64,000 nucleotides of DNA from Nitrosopumilus sp. GTDB lineage: Archaea > Thermoproteota > Nitrososphaeria > Nitrososphaerales > Nitrosopumilaceae. Below the pieces are notes generated by a model. That model saw nothing but the letters and a program-made list of their open reading frames with translations. It searched no databases and was not told the DNA's origin. The translations under genes and the position numbers were made by a program. The DNA is taken from the NCBI GenBank assembly GCA_965218695.1, contig OZ244651.1, positions 1,536,001 through 1,600,000 on the forward strand. The letters run 5' to 3'. Positions within the stretch are counted from its first letter, which is position 1. The number at the start of each line of letters is the position of its first letter. Shown piece by piece: positions 40,325 through 50,149 of this stretch.

Positions 40325-42583
40325 GTAAGAGGTCGCCTTTGCGAAGCGATTTCGTGCCTGATCTGCCCCGATTAATTACCAACTGAGCTACGTTTTCGGC
40401 CGTAAATGCCCATTTAATTGGCATTATTCTGAGTTTTTCCGGGGGAGTCCGACTGAGCTACGTTTTGGCAGATCCGGTGATCGGGCTTGCGAAGTGGCCT
40501 TTTTTGGCGCTGTCCGGGGCGGTGCGTTGTGCCCGAATCGGGTGGCGGGCCGGCACGGCGGCCTGACATGTCAGGCAACCGGTGCGACGGGAGTCGCGCA
40601 GGACATGCAGGGCAGCCATGGATGGATTTTGCAGGATTTATGCAGCTGTTGCTGCTACTGCCGGTATTTTTTCGACCATGCCTCGCATGTAGTCGACCAA
40701 AAAGTCGTGCGGGTTGACGCCGCGCATCCTGCACGTCTCGCGGATGGTGGCCAGGACGGCGTGGTTGTATGCGCCGGCAAGGCTCTTGCTGCCGCCTGAG
40801 ACCTTCCGGGATGCGACGCTGGGCCGCAGGGGACGCTCGGCATCGTTGTTATGGCACTTTGTGTTGAGGCGGATGAATGGGAACAGATGGGTGATCTCGC
40901 GCCGCAGCCGCTTGACAAACCGCTTGCAGTGGGGTTCGGTGTAGCTGCCAGACATCAGGCGCCTCACCCGGGCCAGGAGGTTGCGCACCTTGAGGTTTCG
41001 CGCGGCCTTGTCGTCATGCGGGTTGAGTCCCTTCTCTGCGTGCCAGGAATCGATGATTATCCCCTTTAGGGCCTTGGCAAACTTTTTGAATTCTGGCCCC
41101 GGGTTTTTCATGGCCAGGGTGCGGATGATCTCGCGGAGATAGTGGTAGTGGCACTTTTGGTGGGTTCTGCCGATGCGGTTCCACGCGGAGTGTGAATCAG
41201 AGGTGACGTGGCCTGCGTACCCTCCAAGCAGGGTCTCCAGCACGTCTCCTCCCCGGCGCTTGTCCACGTAAAAGACAGTCGAGTTGTCACCGACTAGTAT
41301 CCACAGCCAGTACAGCACACCGGCTACCCTCCAGCTGGTCTCGTCCCCGAAGACATGCTCTGAGAAGAATATCTCCTCGAGCATCTCCTCGTAGAGCGGG
41401 TGGAGGGATCCTGTCACGGCATCCACGTGGCCGATGACAGTCGACTTTGCAAGGCCCGTGTGGTAGATTATGTTGATCAGCTTGCGGATGGGTTCGTATG
41501 GAATGTTGTACATCCTCATCGTCGTCTCAAGGCACGTCAGGCTGGCGCCGAACCGTCCACCGGGGACGACCCCTGGGATCTCGGGGGCAAACTGCCTGCC
41601 GCATTCCCTGCAGTACCTGCGGACGACGGTATACTGGATGCCGGTCAGCTTCCCGTCGATAATCTCCTCGACTACCCGGATGGTCACCTCGGTGGGCTCC
41701 TTCGAGAGGGCATGGCCGTGCGGGCAGGCGGGCATGTCGACTAGCTTTTTTTCGGATATCGGGGGAGGATCACGGCCGGTGCGCAGGCAGACGACCTTCC
41801 TGAACGGATTCGGCGCAGGCCCGGGCGATTCCCGGAGCCGCTTCTGGGAGCGGCGGCTTTTGATGCCCAGATTCTCGGCTGCCAGCGCCGAGTTGGCCGC
41901 GCGCGCCTCCCTCAACTGAGAGGCATGCTCTGATGCCTGCTGCTCCAGGCGGGCTATCCTGTCCATGACTGCCTGCGAGACGTCGCATCCCTGCAGGAGG
42001 GCGGCATTCTCTGCCCGCAGCTTCTCTACCTCTACCTTCAAATTCTCCATATCTCCTCCCAGATTCTCTATCTCTGCATCTTTCAGCTCTATCTCGGAGT
42101 CCTTTTGTTCTATCTCGGAGTCCTTTTGCACATTCTCTTCTTCCAGCAGTTTGATCCTGGCATCCATCTCCGTCAGCATCGCGTGTTCCCCTGAGAAGGC
42201 CTCTGCCTCCTCCTTCAGCTGCTCGATGTCTTTTCTCAGCGCCATGCTCTCCTCGTCCTTGGATTTGAGCATGTCAAGGACGGATTCGAAGAGGGACCTG
42301 GTGTCTGTTACGGAGTTCCAGTCAATCTTTTCCAAGTCGATTACAGGCACCACGCCATAACACGGGAAGGCATGATCCATAAAGCTTTTGGGCACGCAGC
42401 GCCTGCCGGAAAATGCGGCGCAAAAGATCCAACCGGAAGAGCCTTGATCCGAAAACCGCCCTGTCTGAGGACCGTGTTGATAACGTGCAATTAATCGGGT
42501 ATTTATGGTCAAAAACGTAGCTCAGTTGGTAATTAATCGGGACAGATCAGGCACGGAATCGCTTCGCAAAGGCGACCTCTTAC
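40325..42583 (-). mobile_element. IS66-family element with ~70-bp TIRs
   Basis: GTAAGAGGTCGCCTTTGCGAAGCGATT...CAACTGAGCTACGTTTT at both ends; 8-bp TSD TCAAAAAG. Confidence 0.93.
40638..42512 (-). CDS. IS66-family transposase with long coiled coil (true start probably downstream of 42512)
   Basis: GDETSW, SDSHSAW, QKCHYH, HNNDAERPLR. Confidence 0.88.
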   Translation of the reverse strand: MTINTRLIARYQHGPQTGRFSDQGSSGWIFCAAFSGRRCVPKSFMDHAFPCYGVVPVIDLEKIDWNSVTDTRSLFESVLDMLKSKDEESMALRKDIEQLKEEAEAFSGEHAMLTEMDARIKLLEEENVQKDSEIEQKDSEIELKDAEIENLGGDMENLKVEVEKLRAENAALLQGCDVSQAVMDRIARLEQQASEHASQLREARAANSALAAENLGIKSRRSQKRLRESPGPAPNPFRKVVCLRTGRDPPPISEKKLVDMPACPHGHALSKEPTEVTIRVVEEIIDGKLTGIQYTVVRRYCRECGRQFAPEIPGVVPGGRFGASLTCLETTMRMYNIPYEPIRKLINIIYHTGLAKSTVIGHVDAVTGSLHPLYEEMLEEIFFSEHVFGDETSWRVAGVLYWLWILVGDNSTVFYVDKRRGGDVLETLLGGYAGHVTSDSHSAWNRIGRTHQKCHYHYLREIIRTLAMKNPGPEFKKFAKALKGIIIDSWHAEKGLNPHDDKAARNLKVRNLLARVRRLMSGSYTEPHCKRFVKRLRREITHLFPFIRLNTKCHNNDAERPLRPSVASRKVSGGSKSLAGAYNHAVLATIRETCRMRGVNPHDFLVDYMRGMVEKIPAVAATAA

Positions 42584-43620
42584 TCAAAAAGGCAGAAATA
42601 TTCCTGCAAGCAGTGCAGGTACCGGTTCGTCCTGTCCGAGAGCGGGTTCTCAAAAGTCAGCTCGGAACCCAAAATCATCACCGAATCCATTAACCTGCAC
42701 TTTTCGGGAATGTCACTGCGTAAAATATCACGGCACGTCAAGATCGCACACGGTCGGGAGATCAGCCACGTCGCAGTGTACAAGTGGATCGAGAAATACA
42801 TGGGGATCATAGGGGCGTACGTGGATTCCATCGTGCCGAACACGGGCGACGTGTGGAGCCTTGACGAGATGATGTTAAACGTCAAGGGCACGAAAAAGCT
42901 CAACTGCAAGGGATTCCACGTCTGGCTCTGGTCCATAATCGACCCCCAGACCAGGTTCGTGATCGCCACAGAGGTGTCAAAGAGACGGGAAATGCCCGAC
43001 GCCAGACGCATAATCCGGAAGGGCAAGAATGCGGTCTTGAAGAATCCGAGTTACGTGATTACCGATTCCCTGAAAAGCTACGAGGGCGCGATAAGGAAGG
43101 AACTGGATGCGAGGAAGACGGCACACGTCAAGACCCGCTCGCTCAAGGACGGGTTCCAGAACAGGCCGATAGAAAGGTACCACAACGAACTGAGGGAGAA
43201 TACCAAGACCCGGCGCGGCCTGGGCAACGACGAATCCGCCCAAAAATTCGCAGACGCGCAAAGAATCAAACACGACTTCTTAAATCCGCACTCCGGACTC
43301 CCGGGCAACATTACCCCGGCGGAAGCCGCCGGTATAGACCTGAACTTGGGAGACGACAAGATCAGGGACCTCATATCCCTAGGTTCGCAAAAGAAGAACT
43401 TCGTGACCCACCTAGGGAAGCGGGTGGACAAGGTGACAATCGTAAACGAGACGGATTCAATCAAGGTTACCCCCAAGACATGGATTGACAAGAGAGTCTG
43501 GCGGGAGATCAACGACATCCTCAGACTGAGCAGTTTTAGTTGGCTGTCAAACGGCAGACACAGTTGCTGGATCAAGCCGACTGGAGAGTAAAATACATCA
43601 TCTCACAAAACTTGACCGCT

Positions 43621-43774
43621 TATACTGACACGCCAAAGTTCTTGCAGCACCAAATACCGTGCACCGCCACATTGATCGATTTCAGTCTCAAATCAGGCAC
43701 GAATTAATTCTAGACGTAGCCAATAATCTACATCCAGTGAAAAATGAGTGCATAAACTTTGGCGTGTCAGTATA
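43621..43774. mobile_element. 154-bp MITE
   Basis: Perfect 20-bp TIR TATACTGACACGCCAAAGTT; target either TA or the flanking GCT. Confidence 0.85.
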
Positions 43775-43792
43775 GCTAAACATGAAGTTATT

Positions 43793-45536
43793 GTAAGTGA
43801 TTCGCTTTTTGAAGTTCCGCTGGCTTTGCGCGCCTATACTCGCGCAGCCTCCCCATCCGAGAGCGCGGATCGTGCCGAATAAATGGTGACGCAGGCTCCG
43901 TTGTCAGCCGTCGCCGGACGCAGAACGCACCAAGTGGTCGAAGAAGCTTTCTCTACGGACGCGGTCAGTGGCCAGCATGGTAAACAGCACGGAATTTGCG
44001 TCCATGCCCTTCCGGGACCGGTTGCCCCCGCCGTCGTTCCTCACTGAGACGAACCTTCGGTTGGCTCTCTCCACCGCGTTGTTGTCCGGACTGATGCCCG
44101 GGGTCCGCAGGCATGTTGTCATGTAGTACCCCTCGCGGTAGCGCCGCTTGCGGTATTTGGCGATGGTGCCGTGCCTGTCGTCTTGGTACGGGGCGGCAAA
44201 CAGCCCCGCCGGTTCCGAGTCTATGCAGTCAGCCGCCACGGCCCTGGAATACGGGTCCTTGACGCGCCAGGCGCGGTAGATCTTTTTGTGCACGGCAGAC
44301 AGCCCGGCCAGGAATTCGGTCACGTCCCCGCCTGGATTCCACTCCAGATCCTTCTGCACCAGGCGCTCCTGGTGGACCACGCACATCTGGCGGGCCGACC
44401 CGACATGGAGCCACGCCGGGTACGAGTCCTGCGTGATGATCCCCTCGTAGCCTGGCAGTACTCCCTTGATGGTCTTTGTCTTGCGGGAGTCTACTATTTC
44501 CACCAGGCACGACTCCTTGCCGAGTGCGACCACGCCGTAGCCGCGCCTGCCCTTGAGTGGCCAGTGGAACTCGTCGGCCCCCAGGTGCGGCTCTTTGAGG
44601 ATCTTTTTCCTCACGGCGTCGCGTTCCGGGGCCATCTGCAGGGCCCTGCTTATCTTGTTCCTGTATGCAGACGAGCAGGACACGGGCGTGCCAAGCGCGT
44701 CGCCTGCGAATTCGGCGGATCTTGCGTGGGACAGACCCGACATATTCAAAAAGTTGAGCACGGCGCCGACGTTGGCCCCGTAGCGCGCGTGCGGCGCGGT
44801 TCCGGGAGGCTTGGCAGAGACCTGTTTCTTGCAGTCCCTGCACCAGCGCCTGACTGTCACGTACTTTATGGTCTTTACAAGCAGGGTCAGCGTCTTGACG
44901 ATCCGGTCGTATTCGCCCGTGGGGTTCTCCGAGACGTTCTTCCCGCCGCACCCGGGGCACCTGTCAAAGTCTACGATCTCCGTGCAGTCTACCTTATCGG
45001 GCCTCTTGTTGATCGTGGCCTTTTGCCCCTTGGGCCTGCCTGCCTTACCGGGATTGGTCTTCTTTTTGGAGGAAGGCATGCTTATCCCGTTTGCCCGGGC
45101 GCTGAGTTTGCGGTTTGCCTCGGCGTGCTTCTTGTTGTCTTCTTTCAGGGACTTTACCTGGGCCTGAAGACTCTCCGCCTCATTGCCGTCTGACGCACCT
45201 GCAACCTCGCGCGCCATTTTCAGGGTCTTGACGGCAGCATCCACGGCATCACGCACCACGCCTGACCAGTACTGGCAGCATCTACATTCGGATTTCATGC
45301 AGGCACCGCAGTCCTGCGCGGAACGTTCAAGGATTGCCTTAAATCCCTCCTCTTCCAAGCATGTTTGGCGTGTCGGTTCCTTCATTTGTGGTTAGCTGAA
45401 GGGACTGGCACCCGCTAGTACTTGGATCTCTACAGACAATTAATTTTGACAAAGCGTGAAAAAATCCTTGGGTTCCGTCCCGGCACGGTGACTACCGGCA
45501 GGGGAATCAGGGCACTTCAAAAAGCGAATCACTTAC
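43793..45536 (-). mobile_element. IS66-family element without matching TSD
   Basis: Perfect 23-bp TIR GTAAGTGATTCGCTTTTTGAAGT. Confidence 0.88.
43904..45385 (-). CDS. IS66-family transposase
   Basis: MPSS, GRPKG, CPGC/CRDC, ADE, QDSY, QMCVVH, PDNNAVERANR. Confidence 0.88.
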   Translation of the reverse strand: MKEPTRQTCLEEEGFKAILERSAQDCGACMKSECRCCQYWSGVVRDAVDAAVKTLKMAREVAGASDGNEAESLQAQVKSLKEDNKKHAEANRKLSARANGISMPSSKKKTNPGKAGRPKGQKATINKRPDKVDCTEIVDFDRCPGCGGKNVSENPTGEYDRIVKTLTLLVKTIKYVTVRRWCRDCKKQVSAKPPGTAPHARYGANVGAVLNFLNMSGLSHARSAEFAGDALGTPVSCSSAYRNKISRALQMAPERDAVRKKILKEPHLGADEFHWPLKGRRGYGVVALGKESCLVEIVDSRKTKTIKGVLPGYEGIITQDSYPAWLHVGSARQMCVVHQERLVQKDLEWNPGGDVTEFLAGLSAVHKKIYRAWRVKDPYSRAVAADCIDSEPAGLFAAPYQDDRHGTIAKYRKRRYREGYYMTTCLRTPGISPDNNAVERANRRFVSVRNDGGGNRSRKGMDANSVLFTMLATDRVRRESFFDHLVRSASGDG

Positions 45537-45574
45537 CAACGCAAGTCAATATGTCTGTCGTGTAAAACTTGTCT

Positions 45575-48500
45575 TCAGTCTGACCTAGATTTGTCCAGAA
45601 CCTCAGATGCAACTCCAGATAGCAACGCCCAAATCTGCTTGTATTCTCCCCCTAATAGACTGCTGTCCGTAGGTACAGCCTTACCCCAATCCTCTGGAAC
45701 CAGTTCTTGTAACCAGTGTGCTACATCTCTGGATCCGACATTGTAGAAATCAGGTCTCTCATTTTTGTACATCTCTCCAATCTTCTTAGATATACTCCTT
45801 GGAACGCTGTTGAGTCTCATCAGTATGGCCTCATTAGTATCTACACCGTAGTATACCATAGCAGGAATGTTTGCAAACCTCTGTTTTTCTTCTTCTGACA
45901 TCTCTTCTGTCCTTATGCCTGAAGTAGGCAGCTTTTGGAGAGCAGCCAGTCCCCAAGTAGCAGAGTGTGATATTCGAGCATATATTGCCCTAACACAGGT
46001 GCTCATCTGAGCCGGATCCGTGCCACCAAAATATTTTTGGGCGATTGCGGAAATGGCTTTTCCCGATACCCAGTCCGATATGACCCGGCTGATAAACTCG
46101 TTTTGGTTGCCTGAACCCTTGATTTCTGAGAGGTCGTGGCTCGTTTCTGGGATTTTTTCTAACAGTATGCCAGTCAGTTTTGCAAGCGTGGGCGACTCCC
46201 CAGAAAAGAGATTGCTGCCCCACTCTGACGGCTCTATCTTGAATTCTTGGATGCTGTCAATAGCAGTTTGGAGTGTCTCCATAGTAAAACCGGTTTTGTC
46301 GGACAGAGTTACCAAGTCCTCGTTTTCGCTCAGGTAGTCGGCATATTCTCTCACGGCGACTGCAAGCTTCTTCTTCTTCTTAGGCGAGAGCTGGTTGTAC
46401 CCATATGTTCGGTTCAGGTTGGCACTTATTTCCGCTATGAATTCCTCTATGCTGTCAGACTGGCTGTACATATGTGACAGGTATTGTAGGAATGACGACC
46501 ATTCCGGCTCGTTGGCATGTGATGAGAGGTTAAGGCGTTTGCCTAGCTTGGTGGCATCTTCGATCATGTTCTTTAACACGGATACCAATTCTCCTGTACT
46601 CTTTAGTACGTACTTCTTGGCCTCGATTGCATCATCGGAATTTGCCCCATGCACAGCCACTCCTACCATGCCCAAGGAACGTTGGTCTAATCTGCCTGCT
46701 CGGCCGACAATGTTCCAAAATTCCATTGGTGGTATTGGTCCACTCATGCGCCGTTTGTATGAAGAAATTAGTATGTTATTTATGGGGAAGTTCATTCCCT
46801 GTACAACTGTCGTTGTAGATACTAGCACCTTCAGCGATCCGGATTCCATCAACCACTCCATGAGTTCCCTCACGTCGTCTGGTAATCCGGCATGGTGAAC
46901 ACCTATGCCCTTTCTCACATACTTGGCAAGCGGAAAAGATCTACCCATTTCAGATTCCACATACCTTGCGACAAGATCAAGGTTCTGGTCGACATCACTA
47001 TCACTCACATCTGGTATGATACTATCCAAATGCTTGGCCATAGACCATGTGTTTGGTATAGTGCCACTCAGAATCAGCGTATTCTGATTTTCCATTATAG
47101 ATGCTGTAAGGGCCGTAAGCTTGGAGTTATTGTTACGCAACCTGTTGACACGAAAGTCTCCATGTTTTGAATGGCCAAGCACGATGTTCTGCTTCATAGT
47201 CAATGTGTTGCTGTGAGTCACCACTGGCTGAAAGTATATGTTTGTGCCACCATCACTATCCTCTGCATAGTACAACCCAACCACCTTGTCGTTTGGCTGC
47301 CACCAATCTAGCTCCATATGTATTGACTGAGGATTGAATGGATCAAGCCATTGGGCAACTTCCTTGTGGTTTGGTACAAATGGCGTCATGAGGAGCAAGT
47401 GCGCTCGTTCGCAGTCACGCTGGATGTTGGAGATCAACATTTCCCAATTCAGGCCACGACTTTTGTTTGAAATGTTGTGTGCTTCGTCTATTACCGCCAG
47501 CACTATATCTTTTACAAATTTTTTATTCTCAGGTGCACGCACAAGCAGGTTCATTTTTTCAGGCGTGGTTACCAAGACGTCAAACGAACCCGACTCTAAC
47601 ACGTTTTCCTCAAACGAGTCTATCTCGATCGCACCACTCATTTTTTCAATTCTTACGCCCAGATCAGCTTGTCCCAAATCGCGCCGGAGACGGGTAGTTA
47701 TCTGATTGACCAGGGCTCTTGTAGGTACCACATACACGATCTTCCCTCTAGTCTCGGCAAACTGGTTCAGGGCTTGCAATATTCGGAACTCTGCGATTAT
47801 TGTCTTACCACTAGAGGTGGGCAGATTTACAACGACCGCCTTCAATGCCGGATCTAGAAGCCGTTGTTCCAAGATCGCGCTCCGTTGTGGGTACAATAAT
47901 TCAAATACCGGTTTTTTGTCACGTCGAGTAAGCGACTTGACGAACTTTGTAGCTCGTGAATTAATCTGACTTGCAACGCTCCATATGGAATTTCCAACCA
48001 TCTTCCTAAACGCCGCCTGTAGCAGCATGATGAGGAGTTCCAGTTCCACGATCATAGATCTCTCACAACACCTTGACGCGGTATCCATGTGGTAATCGAT
48101 CCTACTGATCACTTGCCGTGACCCGCCTCCATTTAGCATGTACCTACATAGTATATCCACGGCCAATGCAAGGTGGTAATATGATGCAATCTCAAGTGCT
48201 GCACTACCTTGATGATCTTGATTCATACCTGCAAAAAATCTTTCCTCATATTCCTCTTGTTCCACTTGAAGCTCCTTGACGTACTCTGTTGCTCTTGACA
48301 GATCGTTCCATGTCTCCTTCCTTACTAAGTACAGTACCGCCATGTAGATCTTAGACAACAGACGTACATCCCACTGGTCTGCTTCAGTGTTTATCTTCCA
48401 ATCTGCCTCATTTTCTATCAGAAATCGCCTCATATCTTCCCACTTTTCGCCAAGGTATGCGTATGCAAACATTTTCAAAATGTGCTTGATCTTGTCAGTG

Positions 48501-48781
48501 TGTTTAGATGGAACAGGCATCATTTGTAGCAGGTCAAAGCAGTTTCTACATGATTCGTGGAACAATGCCTTATTCACCTTGTCAGTTGTGTCAAATGCAT
48601 GCCTCCAGAAAATTACTATTGCCACCTCGTAGGCATCTATGATCTTTTGGATCTCATCAAGATTCCGATCCAGTTTAAGCTGCGTTGTGATGTATCTTGA
48701 TATCTTCATTCCGTTTACGGTCTCCATGAATTGTTCTGACCTTTTTTCTTCTATGATCTCGAGTATTCTTTTGCTGGTCAT
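45575..48781 (-). CDS. hamB: Ski2-like DEAD/DEAH helicase, Hachiman HamB-like
   Basis: LPTSSGKT, PTRAL, TTPEK, DEAH, HHAGL, QGMNFP, GRAGR; helical N-terminus; coupled to a HamA-like gene. Confidence 0.75.
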   Translation of the reverse strand: MTSKRILEIIEEKRSEQFMETVNGMKISRYITTQLKLDRNLDEIQKIIDAYEVAIVIFWRHAFDTTDKVNKALFHESCRNCFDLLQMMPVPSKHTDKIKHILKMFAYAYLGEKWEDMRRFLIENEADWKINTEADQWDVRLLSKIYMAVLYLVRKETWNDLSRATEYVKELQVEQEEYEERFFAGMNQDHQGSAALEIASYYHLALAVDILCRYMLNGGGSRQVISRIDYHMDTASRCCERSMIVELELLIMLLQAAFRKMVGNSIWSVASQINSRATKFVKSLTRRDKKPVFELLYPQRSAILEQRLLDPALKAVVVNLPTSSGKTIIAEFRILQALNQFAETRGKIVYVVPTRALVNQITTRLRRDLGQADLGVRIEKMSGAIEIDSFEENVLESGSFDVLVTTPEKMNLLVRAPENKKFVKDIVLAVIDEAHNISNKSRGLNWEMLISNIQRDCERAHLLLMTPFVPNHKEVAQWLDPFNPQSIHMELDWWQPNDKVVGLYYAEDSDGGTNIYFQPVVTHSNTLTMKQNIVLGHSKHGDFRVNRLRNNNSKLTALTASIMENQNTLILSGTIPNTWSMAKHLDSIIPDVSDSDVDQNLDLVARYVESEMGRSFPLAKYVRKGIGVHHAGLPDDVRELMEWLMESGSLKVLVSTTTVVQGMNFPINNILISSYKRRMSGPIPPMEFWNIVGRAGRLDQRSLGMVGVAVHGANSDDAIEAKKYVLKSTGELVSVLKNMIEDATKLGKRLNLSSHANEPEWSSFLQYLSHMYSQSDSIEEFIAEISANLNRTYGYNQLSPKKKKKLAVAVREYADYLSENEDLVTLSDKTGFTMETLQTAIDSIQEFKIEPSEWGSNLFSGESPTLAKLTGILLEKIPETSHDLSEIKGSGNQNEFISRVISDWVSGKAISAIAQKYFGGTDPAQMSTCVRAIYARISHSATWGLAALQKLPTSGIRTEEMSEEEKQRFANIPAMVYYGVDTNEAILMRLNSVPRSISKKIGEMYKNERPDFYNVGSRDVAHWLQELVPEDWGKAVPTDSSLLGGEYKQIWALLSGVASEVLDKSRSD

Positions 48782-49551
48782 GTCTCGATTCTTACATGTT
48801 CTGCTAGCGCGCTTATGCGTTTTGGTATATAAAGTGCTAGGAGCTCAACATATGCGCTATCATCCATCTCAATCCCACGCATAACAGGCATCATGTCCAG
48901 CTCGTCCGGGTCTACGTCTCTTACCATGATCCCGACAACCTTGAATTCAGATCTAGGTTCAGATTCCAAATAGAGCGTAGCGGTCTGACTATAAGCGATT
49001 ACATCTGGATCTTCGATGTTCCGGTCAATGAGTTTTTTCCCAAGCCATTTTATCAGTTCTATCCTAACACCACTGTCAGACATCAGACGGTTCAGCTGGC
49101 ATGTCAAACCATATTTGCCGTAGACTACACTTGGAGTCCCTATCTGCCTAGATGTCTTGACCTCACCAAACAGAAACAGGGTTCGATCTCCCACTGTAGC
49201 CAGTCCCACCAAATCGACTCCCGGCATACTAGCCTTCCGGTTCTTCATGTCTCTTATGTAGTTATAGGGAAAGAGGGCTCCTCTATAGTCTGCAAGGTAG
49301 CATTCGGCAAATTTCTCTCCAATCCTCCATCCAGCTCTTGGTATCTTGACAGAGAGACGATCATGTAGTTTTTTCTTGTTGAATCCTTTGATATTTCCAA
49401 TCATGTCCACAAGTGACTGTGTTCCTTTCGCATCGTCAAGCTCTGCTTTCACTCGCGTGCTCAGGTAGTCTGAGAAGCCGTCGCTTCGTATCCCAATTCC
49501 CTCATATCTTTTCCGTTCATCGCCGTGTTTATATGCCTGCCAAATGCGCAA
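48778..49551 (-). CDS. hamA: Hachiman HamA-like (DUF1837-type) PD-(D/E)xK nuclease; start uncertain
   Basis: IGEKFAECYL, PGVDLVG, LFGEVKTS; ATGA overlap with the helicase start. Confidence 0.7.
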   Translation of the reverse strand: MRIWQAYKHGDERKRYEGIGIRSDGFSDYLSTRVKAELDDAKGTQSLVDMIGNIKGFNKKKLHDRLSVKIPRAGWRIGEKFAECYLADYRGALFPYNYIRDMKNRKASMPGVDLVGLATVGDRTLFLFGEVKTSRQIGTPSVVYGKYGLTCQLNRLMSDSGVRIELIKWLGKKLIDRNIEDPDVIAYSQTATLYLESEPRSEFKVVGIMVRDVDPDELDMMPVMRGIEMDDSAYVELLALYIPKRISALAEHVRIET

Positions 49552-50149
49552 CAATATCAGGCTCTTGAGTCTGATCCTATAAAAATAAAATACAGCAGTT
49601 TTAGATTTCGTATGTACGGCATGGCATACTGACTTGGAAATGACATGCTCCATAGGAACATGTGGCCATATGTATACCATACAATCCATGTCTTTCTGTA
49701 GCATCCAACAATTGCCTAAGAGATCCTCATATGACGGATCTGTATCTTGAATTGAGTTATGGAAACACCATGTTGTCATCAGGATGCCCTCATACCAAAA
49801 AATATCCTAGAATGGTATAAGGCCTAAATGGATGTATTTCAAGCATTTAGGATTACCAGACTCGTATCAAATGGTTGTTTAGCGTGGAAAAATGCGGATC
49901 GCGTGGCTACCTTACAAAGAATCACAATGGACACAAGTGGCATATCGAAAGTCTCACCACCCTAAGTTAACACTCCACCACCCTAAGTTAACAACCGATT
50001 CGATTCGGGGAGACTTCCCCCACGTTGAGGAATTCACCACCCTAAGTTAACAGCAGACTAGATCTGGGGAAAACACCCGAAGAATTAACAGAGTGCATCT
50101 AACTTAACACCACCCATCTAACTTAACACCTAGGACAATCCGGTGAAAC

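Larger units (their letters stand above)
39969..43591 (+). pseudogene. SWIM-Zn-HTH-DDE (IS6-like) transposase interrupted by IS66
   Basis: WTCECRD..CKH SWIM, CPRC; NGSKR rejoins QKYSCKQC in frame; WSLDE, TDSL, NRPIERYH, TPAEAAG; extra ~65-aa C-terminal domain. Confidence 0.88.
30987..50095. mobile_element. 19.1-kb transposon-like defence island
   Basis: Perfect 33-bp TIR (30987-31019 / 50063-50095), three TGTTAACTTAGGG motifs per end with mirrored spacing, 8-bp TSD CATCTAAC (30979-30986, 50096-50103). Confidence 0.85.

Noticed and set aside
30987-50095. Tn7-like transposon, casposon or integrase-type island
   Set aside because: No TnsA/B/C, Cas1 or tyrosine/serine integrase inside; termini are not TGT...ACA and the TSD is 8 bp
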